The notes: generated by a model not told the origin, from the letters alone. DNA of 64,000 nt from Candidatus Poribacteria bacterium (GCA_965198175.1 OZ240245.1:640001-704000); one strand, 5' to 3'; shown: positions 38,144 to 47,582, numbered from the stretch's first letter. A program made the numbers and translations.

Positions 38144-38641
38144 CTAAGCTTTTAAAGAAGCCTCTGGATTGCCCCACTGACCCTTCTCATATAGGAATTT
38201 GATGGACTTGTCAATGAGCAGTTGCCCATCCTCCGCTAACGTAATCTTCACACGTTCTAGTGGACGCGGAGCTGGTCCTTCATAGTTGATACCTTCACGG
38301 TCAAAACCGCTCCCATGACAGGGGCACTTAAACTTATTCTCTGACCCGAACCATCGCGGCGTACAGCCAAGATGAGTGCAAATTGCTAACAACGCATAAA
38401 ATTCGCCATCTTCTTTTCTAGCAATCCAAACCCCATACGGAGTTATTTTCCACCTCTCGCTCACTGTTCCAGGAGGATATTCAGCGGGAAATCCCGCCTT
38501 AAAGACAGACGAAGGCTCGAAAAGGACGCGCGGATATAAATATCTAACTAATCCGGGACCGAAGGCAAAACCTAAAGCAGCAGTAAAAATCGCCCAGCCT
38601 GACGATTGAAAAAACTGGCGTCGAGATAACACTTTTGCCAC
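38144..38641 (-). CDS. qcrA: Rieske [2Fe-2S] subunit
   Basis: Tat motif SRRQFF, CTHLGC, CPCHGS, GPAPRPL. GTG start. Confidence 0.95.
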   Translation of the reverse strand: MAKVLSRRQFFQSSGWAIFTAALGFAFGPGLVRYLYPRVLFEPSSVFKAGFPAEYPPGTVSERWKITPYGVWIARKEDGEFYALLAICTHLGCTPRWFGSENKFKCPCHGSGFDREGINYEGPAPRPLERVKITLAEDGQLLIDKSIKFLYEKGQWGNPEASLKA

Positions 38642-38674
38642 CTCACACTTTCGAAGATTGAATTAACCGCGCGT

Positions 38675-38738
38675 ATTATAGCATTCCCAAAAATAGAGAT
38701 CAACGTTAAAATAAATCAAGTCACGGATATCCGTGACT
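38675..38738 (-). promoter_or_regulatory. Sigma70 promoter plus palindromic operator upstream of the Rieske operon
   Basis: Minus strand (AG)TCACGGATATCCGTGA(CT) with 16-bp core at 38721-38736, then N17-TTGATC-N17-TATAAT, with TGn extended -10. Confidence 0.78.
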
Positions 38739-38948
38739 CTTCTCACGCTGCGTCGCCGAGTTTGTTCCCTGAGATGGTGTGCGCGACTATGTAGCGAGGT
38801 TCAGTCCAATTCAATCAGGACATCCATTCGTGATTTGGTTTGTTTGTCCGTAAATCTACGGAATCTTGGAATTGCCAGAGGTTTTTCAGAGTTGACAAAC
38901 CCTTCCTCAAAAGATTAACCATAGAAGACGAACTGTACCACGCAGGCA

Positions 38949-38982
38949 TAAAAAAATCCCAAGCGCAGCGCTTGGGATTTCT
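38949..38982 (-). terminator. Rho-independent terminator
   Basis: AAATCCCAAGCGC/GCGCTTGGGATTT stem followed by a T-run on the minus strand, just after the stop at 39010. Confidence 0.8.
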
Positions 38983-39009
38983 TGGCACAATCATTTGATG
39001 AGCCGGCTA

Positions 39010-40164
39010 TCATTTTGACGCTGATCGGTAGGCTGTTGCGAGGGCTAATACCGAATACGAGGTTACCAGTACGGGATCGCGTTCCCACCATCGGGCTTCC
39101 GTGTTCTGCCAATATCCCTGGGATTGCTCCTCGGGGGAATCCGTCTCTAAAACAATCTGATCAGAGATAAGCTTTTCGGCGAGCTCTCTATACCAATCAT
39201 GAGAAATACCCTTAGCATCTACAATGACTGCTTCATCGTAGATCTTGAGCGCCTTTGCCATTGTATGGTAATTATAGTAGAGTCCTTGTTTACCCATACC
39301 ATAGTTTTCTTCAACTGTGAAATGCTTCTTTATCCAACCGACAGAAGACTGCACACGCGGATCGTTTTTTTCAACGTTGGCATAGATAAAACTCAACAAC
39401 CCCGCGTACGTCATGCTCGCATAAGATTTGTTGCCCCCAGCTTTACTCTCTCCATCAGGGGCATAGATAAAACCACCGTCGTTCCCAGCCCAATTCTGAT
39501 CGTTGGTTTCACTGTTATTTTGGCATCTTTCGAGAAACTTGATCGCTTTGTCCCATACAGCCTGATCTTCAACACCGCTCTCTTTTAGGGATTGGAGCGC
39601 AAAGTTCAAATTGGAGAGATCGTGGACAGTCTCGCGACTCCCATAACCGATACCACCATAATACACACTTTCCGTATCCTGAACTTGAAGCCCCTTGATG
39701 AAGTTCTGCGCTTTTTCAATTGCTTCTTTGTATTTGGGATTGTTCGTATCAGATAGCGCTAGTAACGCGATAGAGGTGTTGTAGTTCGGTAACGCGGGCT
39801 GTTTATCTACGTCATAAATCCCGCCATTTGGTTGCTGCAATTTGAGTAAAGTCTCAATCGATTTTTGGATAAAGGGATGGTCAGCTTCCTTAAACCTGTT
39901 TTCCGGGTGTCGTAGGAATGCTGATATTGCCAGAGCGGTTAACCCGGGGTGATCACGAAAGAACCCGTCATCTCCTTGCTGCAGTTTCAACCAATTAAGT
40001 CCCCGATCAACCGCTTCCAGCACTTGCTGGTTCAACTCATCGTAATCTGAAGCATCGGCAGCTTGACCGGTGCCATAAAAGGGTTGGCTGATGAAAATGA
40101 TAAGTCCCATTACAATAGTTGCTTGTTTTTTTCGATTCTTCGATGTCATTTGTACAACCTCCAT
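39010..40164 (-). CDS. Exported prenyltransferase/squalene-oxidase repeat (alpha-alpha toroid) protein
   Basis: Signal peptide and QW-like repeats (GLNWLKLQQGDDG, LQQPNGGI, FLERCQN..DGGFIY), YASMTYAGL. Start may be 40149. Confidence 0.8.
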   Translation of the reverse strand: MEVVQMTSKNRKKQATIVMGLIIFISQPFYGTGQAADASDYDELNQQVLEAVDRGLNWLKLQQGDDGFFRDHPGLTALAISAFLRHPENRFKEADHPFIQKSIETLLKLQQPNGGIYDVDKQPALPNYNTSIALLALSDTNNPKYKEAIEKAQNFIKGLQVQDTESVYYGGIGYGSRETVHDLSNLNFALQSLKESGVEDQAVWDKAIKFLERCQNNSETNDQNWAGNDGGFIYAPDGESKAGGNKSYASMTYAGLLSFIYANVEKNDPRVQSSVGWIKKHFTVEENYGMGKQGLYYNYHTMAKALKIYDEAVIVDAKGISHDWYRELAEKLISDQIVLETDSPEEQSQGYWQNTEARWWERDPVLVTSYSVLALATAYRSASK

Positions 40165-40342
40165 TACCTTTTTGACTGAGATTAAGATTGTGATTCGCCA
40201 GATTCGCTTTATTTATCAGACTGGTTTGCACCTCATGAGTTCCACTCTTGAAATCGGACGACAGACAGAGAAAAAATCCACGACAGAATTATGCGACATT
40301 ATATCTCTAAAAGGGAGCCGTATGCTTCTCTGAATTTAGTGT

Positions 40343-40358
40343 AGCAAGTATGATGCCA
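40343..40358 (-). promoter_or_regulatory. Putative sigma54 (-24/-12) promoter
   Basis: Minus strand TGGCATCATACTTGCT, an exact GG-N10-GC match about 180 bp upstream of the prenyltransferase-like gene. Confidence 0.6.
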
Positions 40359-40513
40359 GTTTGAAATGCTTTAAAATAAGGCGGTAAGGGGAAAGTTGCT
40401 TGACAAACTGTCCAATAAATGAACAGGATTGTCCACAAACTGAGCAATCTTAACTAGCTGGGTTGATTTGCATATTTGGAAGGCTGAACCTAGTGGAACT
40501 ACCTTATTTAAGG

Positions 40514-41545
40514 TTAGTCAATCTGCACAACTTCACCCGTTTCTGCGGAGCGCATCGCGGCGTCATAAATAACCATTGTACGTTTGACCTCCTCCGGTTT
40601 AACGATGAGTTCAACCCCCTTGTTCAGAACATCCGAGATGTTTTGATAATACGACTTCCAGGAACCTCTTACAGTCTCTACTACCATCTCTCGATGTTTG
40701 CCGCGGGCTTCGGTCCAGACTTTTGCATAGTTGGCAGCATCCTCCTCTGCAGCGTCAATATTTCCCGCCAGCATTGACGCTTGTTGTGGATCTGAACCGT
40801 ACTTCATCAATCCGCCCCGATCTCCGAGGATGTACCAGTGAGGCTTCTCGACCTTCGCCAAGTTGCTTATCTCTATTTGATAGCGAACGCCATTTTCAAA
40901 CTTCATGAGGAGATTGGCGTAGTTGCCGATGTCCGTATCCCGCCGTGCGTCGTAATGAATATCACAGAAAACGGTCATCACAGGTGCGGGGACCAGTTGG
41001 AGAGCCTGATCTACTATGTGAGCAGGCCAATCAAACAGAATCCCCCCACTCTGTTCCTTCACACCACGCCAACCCCGCGGCGCGTCATATTTCATGATGC
41101 TGACCTGAAATAGGTAGGAATTTCCAAGCAAGCCGTCCGCTATGATTTTTTTGACCGTCAGGTAGTCCCAATCCCAACGGCGATTGTGAAAAACGCTCAG
41201 CAAGACGTTGTTTCGCCGACTCGCTTCAATCATCGTATCGGCTTCTGCGACATTCATGCACATAATCTTGTCTGTGACCACGTGCTTGCCAGCGTCCATC
41301 GCCTGAATCGCAAGTGCGGCATGCGTGTTATGGGGAGTTGCAAGAACGACGAGGTCCACGGCATCATCCGCAATGACCTGATCAATAGTTTCATATATCT
41401 TCACGTGATCGTGAACCGCAGATTGACGTCGTTCAGCATTCCGCGAAGCAATGGCATAGAGGTTCAACCCGTTTGCCAAACCGATGAGGTAAGCGTGAAA
41501 ACCTCGACCGGCGTAACCGTATCCAATAATTGCGGTGTTGATCAT
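40514..41545 (-). CDS. Gfo/Idh/MocA family oxidoreductase
   Basis: IIGYGYAG, AGKHVVTDK, VFHNRRWD, WRG..SGGILFDW..H. Confidence 0.92.
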   Translation of the reverse strand: MINTAIIGYGYAGRGFHAYLIGLANGLNLYAIASRNAERRQSAVHDHVKIYETIDQVIADDAVDLVVLATPHNTHAALAIQAMDAGKHVVTDKIMCMNVAEADTMIEASRRNNVLLSVFHNRRWDWDYLTVKKIIADGLLGNSYLFQVSIMKYDAPRGWRGVKEQSGGILFDWPAHIVDQALQLVPAPVMTVFCDIHYDARRDTDIGNYANLLMKFENGVRYQIEISNLAKVEKPHWYILGDRGGLMKYGSDPQQASMLAGNIDAAEEDAANYAKVWTEARGKHREMVVETVRGSWKSYYQNISDVLNKGVELIVKPEEVKRTMVIYDAAMRSAETGEVVQID

Positions 41546-41759
41546 TGGACGCTCCTTTGGGCCGTGCGGAAATCGTCAATGGGATTTTGCGGGTGCTTTT
41601 GATAAAAAAGGGGTACATGGAAGGTTTTTACCCATTGTACCCCAAATCAACTAAACCGATTAACTTATCTTGCGCTGTGCTCCTACACATACTCTCTTCA
41701 AGGGAAATATTGGCAAAAGCGAATCTGTCCGAATGGCTCTTGGACAAAAATTGGAGAAC

Positions 41760-42509
41760 TTAAAGACCGGCAAAATCATCTGTTTGTTCACTATCTTCTT
41801 GAATCGATAGTTCCTTCACTCTTGCATCTGCAATCTTTTTCAATGCCCACTGATCCAAAATCTTGATTCGACGATGCCGAATGTCGATAAACCCAAGACG
41901 TTCAAATTCATTGAGAAGGGCGCTCGTTGTCTCACGCACAGTTGCAATTAAGTATGCCAGTTTCTGTTGCGAAAGTTTTACGCTCAGCATAATTCCCCGG
42001 CTATCGCGGACTCCATACCTTTCTGCTAAAGAAATCAACAGCAGAGCGAGTCGGGAAGACACACTGCGAAAAACCAAATTTTCCAGCTGGTTTTCGATTG
42101 CTCGCCTTCGCACCCCAATGAGCTTGGTTGTACGCATTGTTAGCTCCGGCTTTTTGCGAAGCAAATTTTCAAAATTTCGACGGCGTATGACACAGAGTAG
42201 CGTGTCATCTAATGTCTCTGCGATAGTATCGCGCGGCCCCTCATCAGATAACCCCATCTCCCCAAAGATCTCGCCTGGATCAAGAACCGCCAGTGTAGAT
42301 TCTTTTCCTTCTGGCAAAGGCTTGTAGATTTTGACCCGTCCCTCCTTGAGCAAATAGATGACATTCCTTGAGTCGTCTTGACCGCGGACCTGATCGTGGC
42401 GATTGTAGCTCTCCGTGCACGTAATTCGATTCAATTCGCCTAAGTCTACATCGGTCATGCCGTTAAAGATGTTAATATGCTTCAAGTACCAGATATTTTC
42501 CGTTTCCAC
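41760..42509 (-). CDS. Crp/Fnr family transcriptional regulator
   Basis: YLLKEGRVKI, IFGEM...PR (cNMP pocket), SRLA, HTH SQQKLAYLIATVRETTS. No FNR cysteine cluster. Confidence 0.92.
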   Translation of the reverse strand: METENIWYLKHINIFNGMTDVDLGELNRITCTESYNRHDQVRGQDDSRNVIYLLKEGRVKIYKPLPEGKESTLAVLDPGEIFGEMGLSDEGPRDTIAETLDDTLLCVIRRRNFENLLRKKPELTMRTTKLIGVRRRAIENQLENLVFRSVSSRLALLLISLAERYGVRDSRGIMLSVKLSQQKLAYLIATVRETTSALLNEFERLGFIDIRHRRIKILDQWALKKIADARVKELSIQEDSEQTDDFAGL

Positions 42510-42615
42510 TCATTTGCCTTTATGTGCTTCGTGCTGTCTTTAAAAGCACCCTTTCCCGCATCAATGAGTTTGAGATGCACAGGGGAATCGCGCATCATCT
42601 TCAAGTCCAAAGGGC

Positions 42616-42689
42616 AAAAAAATAGGTAACCGTTCTAGGGCTAATGCCGGTCAGTCAGGACTTACTCCGATTAGCGCTGAACGGTTACC
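42616..42689 (-). terminator. Long imperfect hairpin + T-tract after the YceI-NPC gene
   Basis: GGTAACCGTTC...GCTAAT...ATTAGC...GAACGGTTACC followed by TATTTTTTT on the minus strand. Confidence 0.65.
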
Positions 42690-42749
42690 AAAACAGAACA
42701 CAGTATGAAACGTAGAAAATTAGCGCCTTTCACGTTTGCAGGCTACTAT

Positions 42750-43754
42750 CTATTTGCTACAGGGGTTACACGGATTGCAAGGATTCGCCGCACATGGATT
42801 GCACGGATTGCAAGGGTTTGCCGCACATGGATTACAGGGGTTACACGGGTTGCAAGGATTTGCCGCACATGGATTACAGGGGTTACACGGGTTGCAAGGA
42901 TTTGCCGCACATGGATTACAGGGGTTGCACGGGTTGCAAGGATTTGCCGCACATGGGTTACAGGGGTTGCACGGATTGCACGGGTTTTCAGTCATCATCT
43001 TGGCGGTTGTGCCAAACAAATCCACACTGACTCTGATGTTGTCGTCCAACTTGAGAAGGACTAACTGAGGCCTTTTGATATTGTAATCGGAGAGCTTCAA
43101 TACAAGAGCGCCGTCGATGTGTATGAGGTCGCCAGGCATCCTCATCTTGGTGTCTTCATTTTCCTTGAGTAAGGTCAGGGTGATACCTTCGAGGTGCACC
43201 TTTTTCTTTACCCCGTGAAGCTCTAGCGTTCCTTTTGCATCCAGTGTTACGGGCTTTTGATCCATAAGCGTTTTGCTGGACGCCTTGGTAACCTTATCTA
43301 TCGTTAGTACCGCATTAGGGTACTTGTCTGTTTCTAGGAACTGCTCGCGCATATGCTCATCTCGAAGCCCAATTCCCGTTGACATGCTTGCGAGATCCAA
43401 CTCAAACTTCGCCATTGAGTCGCTGGTGACATCAGTCGGGTCCACACGAATGCGCCCTGCAATTTTGTTGCTCATACCGATAATGTTTTCCAACGGCGCC
43501 TTGGATTCAAAAGTGAATGTGTTTCTGTTATCGTCAATTGTGAACATCTTTGCTGCTGCGGCGCACGGGTTGCACGGGTTCGCCGCACACGGATTACAGG
43601 GATTACATGGGTTTACCTGCTCCTCACTTGCCTCCGCTGCCTCCGCTGCTTCCGCACAAGGATTACAGGGATTTTCGCCCGCTAAACTCGCTGTTGGTAG
43701 AATCAGAGATCCTATCAGAACCAAGATAAAGGTATAAAAGACTAATTTTCGCAT
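42750..43754 (-). CDS. Secreted YceI-domain protein flanked by 29 Asn-Pro-Cys repeats
   Basis: Signal peptide, 7 NPC, a YceI core ([35 protein letters not shown]), then 22 NPC at the C-terminus. Confidence 0.88.
   Translation of the reverse strand: MRKLVFYTFILVLIGSLILPTASLAGENPCNPCAEAAEAAEASEEQVNPCNPCNPCAANPCNPCAAAAKMFTIDDNRNTFTFESKAPLENIIGMSNKIAGRIRVDPTDVTSDSMAKFELDLASMSTGIGLRDEHMREQFLETDKYPNAVLTIDKVTKASSKTLMDQKPVTLDAKGTLELHGVKKKVHLEGITLTLLKENEDTKMRMPGDLIHIDGALVLKLSDYNIKRPQLVLLKLDDNIRVSVDLFGTTAKMMTENPCNPCNPCNPCAANPCNPCNPCNPCAANPCNPCNPCNPCAANPCNPCNPCNPCAANPCNPCNPCAANPCNPCNPCSK
42756..42987. repeat. Coding tandem repeat (9-bp subunits in 42/33-bp units) encoding (NPC)3-4AA
   Basis: Unit GATTACAGGGGTTACACGGGTTGCAAGGATTTGCCGCACATG repeated with synonymous variation. 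Confidence 0.9.
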
Positions 43755-44129
43755 GATGTTATTCCTTTCTTCGTCACATTTGCTTTAGTTTTCAAGAATA
43801 AGTGTCTATTCCAACACGTCGAGAGTTACTCAGTCGCACCGTGTCTCTTCCACTCGATTGACCGCTTAGACAGTTTGACTCATACATTATACTTTAGAAA
43901 GACACTGTGTGCCAACCCAAAAAGGCGTTAATTCGATAGCGCTTAAACTCTCCCTAGATTGTAAAATGTCAATCAGTCAGTCGGATTAACATCAAGGTTG
44001 GAAGCGCATTCATCAATGAGTGCATGGGAGCAGAAGCTAACCAGCCGAAGTTTTCAATCTTAAAAAACATCTGCCTCCTCAACTAGCACATTGGGTATTA
44101 GAAGGTTTATCGTCAGTGAGTTTGTCGCC

Positions 44130-44924
44130 TCAATATCTGATGTCAGCGAGAGGGCGAGCCTGCATGAATAGTTTCGCGCCCCGGCAGACATCATCGGTTG
44201 GTTCCACGCCGCACAGCCACGCCCAGGTGCGTTCACATCGAATCAAGTCTCGGTAGCATTCCACCTCAGTCGCATAGGGATGACGTCCTTGGTTGACATA
44301 AGGCGGCACTTTATCCGAATTTGTCACCCAGTCCCGTTTTGGCGGGGAGCTGCGAAAATACGAATATTTAAGCATCCCGCGTCGCGTCGAATTCAACTTT
44401 GGCCCCGCCTTGTGCCAGATGCCATAGTGGGTCATAACAACTGTACCCGCGGGGACGGTCAAGGAGACCTGACCAATAATGTTGCCGTAATGTGCAAGTG
44501 CTTCTCGTTCGACCAGTCGATAGTGGGAGCCTGGAAGCACCATAGTAGGACCGTCCTCAAGACTAACCGCTTTGGGATAGTAATAGCATTGAAGATGGTG
44601 AACTCCATAACCATATTCGGAAATCCCATCGGAATGCCATAACTGTCCGGAATGAGGTGCTTCAAACAGGTGATGATGAGCTGTGATGGGCACGAGGAAA
44701 TTTTTGCCTAAAAGTGAACGAGCAACCCCGGCAGCTTCCGGCTGCATTAGAACTTCCTTGAGAAATTCAGGTGTATTAACGAATTCGTCGATCTGCCCGC
44801 CCGGCAGCATTTCACATTGGAGATTAAAAGCATCCGAAACAATACCCTCAAGAACGACATAACCGTTTGAAACGAAATCCATCACTTGCTTGTCGTCCAT
44901 AGTGGGTTGAACATCGATCATCAT
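44130..44924 (-). CDS. Phytanoyl-CoA dioxygenase (PhyH) family Fe/2OG oxygenase
   Basis: F..NGYVVL, WHSD, DGPTMVLPGSH, PAGTVV..H..IWH. Start placed at MMIDVQ. Confidence 0.9.
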   Translation of the reverse strand: MMIDVQPTMDDKQVMDFVSNGYVVLEGIVSDAFNLQCEMLPGGQIDEFVNTPEFLKEVLMQPEAAGVARSLLGKNFLVPITAHHHLFEAPHSGQLWHSDGISEYGYGVHHLQCYYYPKAVSLEDGPTMVLPGSHYRLVEREALAHYGNIIGQVSLTVPAGTVVMTHYGIWHKAGPKLNSTRRGMLKYSYFRSSPPKRDWVTNSDKVPPYVNQGRHPYATEVECYRDLIRCERTWAWLCGVEPTDDVCRGAKLFMQARPLADIRY

Positions 44925-44979
44925 TTCCCCCTTTTCTTTGAGGTATGGGAACTCTTTTTCTATCCTACCCAAAATTATC

Positions 44980-45339
44980 TTACGTCCATTTTTCCAAGAT
45001 GAATTCATAACCCAGATATGCGTTGTCGATATCCGAAAACTGGTAGAGTTTCGAGATGGGGAATTGAACGATTCGCCAGCCGTCGCACACCGCTTCGATA
45101 ACTGAGGAGTATGGTAACTCCTGTGATGGAAGGGTGGGTTTATCAGGTTCCGTGGGATCGTACAACGCCCAGCTAGCGATGGGTGAACGCATGTTGGTCG
45201 ATTTCGAATACAAGTAAAGCACTATCTGTTTCGGTTCAGTAAGAAGCGCTTCCAAACGTAAGAGATCGCCTTCTGTCAATTTACCCTCTCGAAGTTTCGC
45301 ACGACAGCCGTCCATCCACTGTTTAATCGCAGTCTTCAT
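44980..45339 (-). CDS. Conserved hypothetical protein upstream of PhyH
   Basis: 119 aa with QIVLYLY, WALYD, PYSSVIEAVCDGWRIVQ, EFILEK. GAGG RBS. Confidence 0.7.
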   Translation of the reverse strand: MKTAIKQWMDGCRAKLREGKLTEGDLLRLEALLTEPKQIVLYLYSKSTNMRSPIASWALYDPTEPDKPTLPSQELPYSSVIEAVCDGWRIVQFPISKLYQFSDIDNAYLGYEFILEKWT

Positions 45340-45404
45340 TAAATAACCTCTCTATCATATATTTCTTGAAGGCGTCATCCATGCAGTCAAAGAGCATACC
45401 TCTT

Positions 45405-47582
45405 CTACCAAATCACAGCAAACTTTGTTTCTTCTTGCGCCGACGCGCCGTTTGGAGCGGTCGCGGCGATTCGGCCGATGTAGATGCCAGGGGCAACTTT
45501 CTCACCGAACGTCTTTAAACCAGACCAAGTAAAAGAGTCATTAACGCCTAATCTCCCGTTTTTATTCCCAGCAGAAAACTGCTCTTCGAAGACATTCTCA
45601 CCGAATACGTTATAGACGCCGATAATGATATCGGCATCGCGGCTAAGCGTATATACAAACCTTAAGGATGCCCCGCTTCTGTTGAAGTCGATCGGGTTCG
45701 GATATGTGAAGACGTTTTCGACCGTTACGCCCGGATCGGTGACCGACACCGGTGTTTCAATCTGATTGTTGCTGAAATCCGACTCGAGGAAATGTACCTC
45801 GCTGTTCGCTGTCGCGAGCAGCGTAAATTCGCCCCAGGCGGTTGGTGTGAAGGTCGCGCTAATCAATTTCGATTCGCCCGCGTTGAGATCTACAGCCTGT
45901 TCCAAGAGAACTTCAAAGTCCCCATCGGGCGATTCGGCGACAAACCGAATCTTGATTCCCATCACTGCGATAGATCCCCCGTTCTTAACGTTCGCACGCA
46001 GTGTGACTTCATCCCCTTTCGCGGGTGTTGGGTTGGAAAGCTCAATTTCGCTGGATTCCCAGAAAATATCAGGACGCATTTCGTCCGCTTCGCCCGGGCG
46101 AATGATTGGACGGGCAAGCTCGGCAAGCGTCGCAACGCCCAATTTAATGGCTAATTCCCCCAACAACGGACGAGAGATTTTCGCTAGACTGTCTTCCTGG
46201 CTGTGGATATAGTCGACCGATTCTTCCGGCGCATCAAGCGAAGATTCTTCCGCTACCATTACAGCGGGGACACCAATCTCCCAAAACGGGGAATGATCAC
46301 TGAAAATAAAGCTCGGATCGTTCTTCTTGCGCAAATTAACCGGAATGTTATATTGCTCGGCAGCCTTGCCGAAGGCGTTGACCAGCCATTGTGATTGTTC
46401 GTTTCCAACGACATGGATGTCCAGAATCCCGTCTGGATCATGTCCAAGTAAATCAAAGTTGAGTACGCCCGCAATCTGATCTCCGCGTTGTTTGGCCAGA
46501 TCTCGATAGTGTCTACTTCCAAAAAGAAACAACTCCTCGCCCGAAAAGGCGATAAATCTGATGGTATGGTCGAAATCTGTTTTACTGAGGATGCGCGCGG
46601 TTTGGAGTATTTCTGCGACACCTGAGGCATTGTCCGATGCGCCCGGCGCCGGCAATGTCCGCCAGCTCTGCTCCCAGCCTGGGGTTCGGGAGGCGATGCT
46701 ATCGTAGTGTGCTGTCATTAGATAGATGCGATCTTTATTTGGCCCCTTGCCCGGAAGCGTTGCGACCACATTCCGCATGACGTAGTCTCCTACTGGATCA
46801 CCAAGCGCTGTTCGACGACGGTGGGGGAACAAATCAAATTCGACTTGTAAGCCAAAACTTCGGAACTGTTCGGCGATGTAGTCTGCCGCATTGTCACAAG
46901 CGTGATCCGGCCTGGGGTTGCCGTCGAGTTGAATCGCTTCGCGCACCCGTAGGGAGTAGCGGCTCCGGAAAAACGTCCCCGGCTGTTCTAAATCTTCGTT
47001 TTCAACAAGTGCGATAATCTGTCTGAACCACTGATCGGAATCAACCTGATTCAGCAAATCTCGAATGGCGGATTGATGCTGTGGCGATCCTGTGCTGCTT
47101 GGTGCGTACGGAACCAATTCCACTTCCGGTATAATAACATCAGCGGGTAATTTAGCACGATGGTGCACCGGCAAATCGAATAGAACGTGCTCAAAATCGG
47201 TTCGCAATTTGAAGAGAAGAAATCCGTCGAGCAAATCTAGAATCTCGCCATACCTCTCAACCTTCAAGCGTTCCTGCGTAGAAGTTGGCAACAGAACGTA
47301 GTAATCGAAACCCGGAGAAATCGAATCGAGGATTTCAGCGGACGGTAATTCGGACAGCGTGCTATGGTAAGCTTCAATGATGGAAAAATTCCGCGTGCGA
47401 TAGCGCAGTTTAATGTTGAAACGCGCTTTCAGAAGGCGGATCTGATGGTCAGATGTCTCTGGAATCTTGAGCAACAGATTCGTCTGGGCGGAAAGGGTAT
47501 TTGTGATGAAGACTGAAAGAAAGACAATCGGAAAAAGACCTGTGCAAACCAAGTTTCTATGAATGTTATGCAGACTCAGCAT
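45405..47582 (-). CDS. Secreted M28 metallopeptidase with CARDB/Ig and FlgD-like C-terminal domains
   Basis: TAHYDS, PGASDNASG, FSGEE, NFD, SDHSPF, YIH; CARDB (VKNGG...ESDFSNN); YPNP...WSG...PGIY. Confidence 0.88.
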   Translation of the reverse strand: MLSLHNIHRNLVCTGLFPIVFLSVFITNTLSAQTNLLLKIPETSDHQIRLLKARFNIKLRYRTRNFSIIEAYHSTLSELPSAEILDSISPGFDYYVLLPTSTQERLKVERYGEILDLLDGFLLFKLRTDFEHVLFDLPVHHRAKLPADVIIPEVELVPYAPSSTGSPQHQSAIRDLLNQVDSDQWFRQIIALVENEDLEQPGTFFRSRYSLRVREAIQLDGNPRPDHACDNAADYIAEQFRSFGLQVEFDLFPHRRRTALGDPVGDYVMRNVVATLPGKGPNKDRIYLMTAHYDSIASRTPGWEQSWRTLPAPGASDNASGVAEILQTARILSKTDFDHTIRFIAFSGEELFLFGSRHYRDLAKQRGDQIAGVLNFDLLGHDPDGILDIHVVGNEQSQWLVNAFGKAAEQYNIPVNLRKKNDPSFIFSDHSPFWEIGVPAVMVAEESSLDAPEESVDYIHSQEDSLAKISRPLLGELAIKLGVATLAELARPIIRPGEADEMRPDIFWESSEIELSNPTPAKGDEVTLRANVKNGGSIAVMGIKIRFVAESPDGDFEVLLEQAVDLNAGESKLISATFTPTAWGEFTLLATANSEVHFLESDFSNNQIETPVSVTDPGVTVENVFTYPNPIDFNRSGASLRFVYTLSRDADIIIGVYNVFGENVFEEQFSAGNKNGRLGVNDSFTWSGLKTFGEKVAPGIYIGRIAATAPNGASAQEETKFAVIW

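Noticed and set aside
39010..40164. Squalene-hopene cyclase
   Set aside because: It is too short (single barrel), has a signal peptide and shows no DxDD motif.
41760..42509. FNR oxygen sensor
   Set aside because: It lacks the Cys cluster for a [4Fe-4S] centre, and no TTGAT-N4-ATCAA box was seen at the two promoters examined.
42705..43068. Repetitive alternative-frame ORFs and a possible CRISPR array
   Set aside because: They are shadows of the NPC coding repeat. The units are contiguous with no unique spacers and there are no cas genes.
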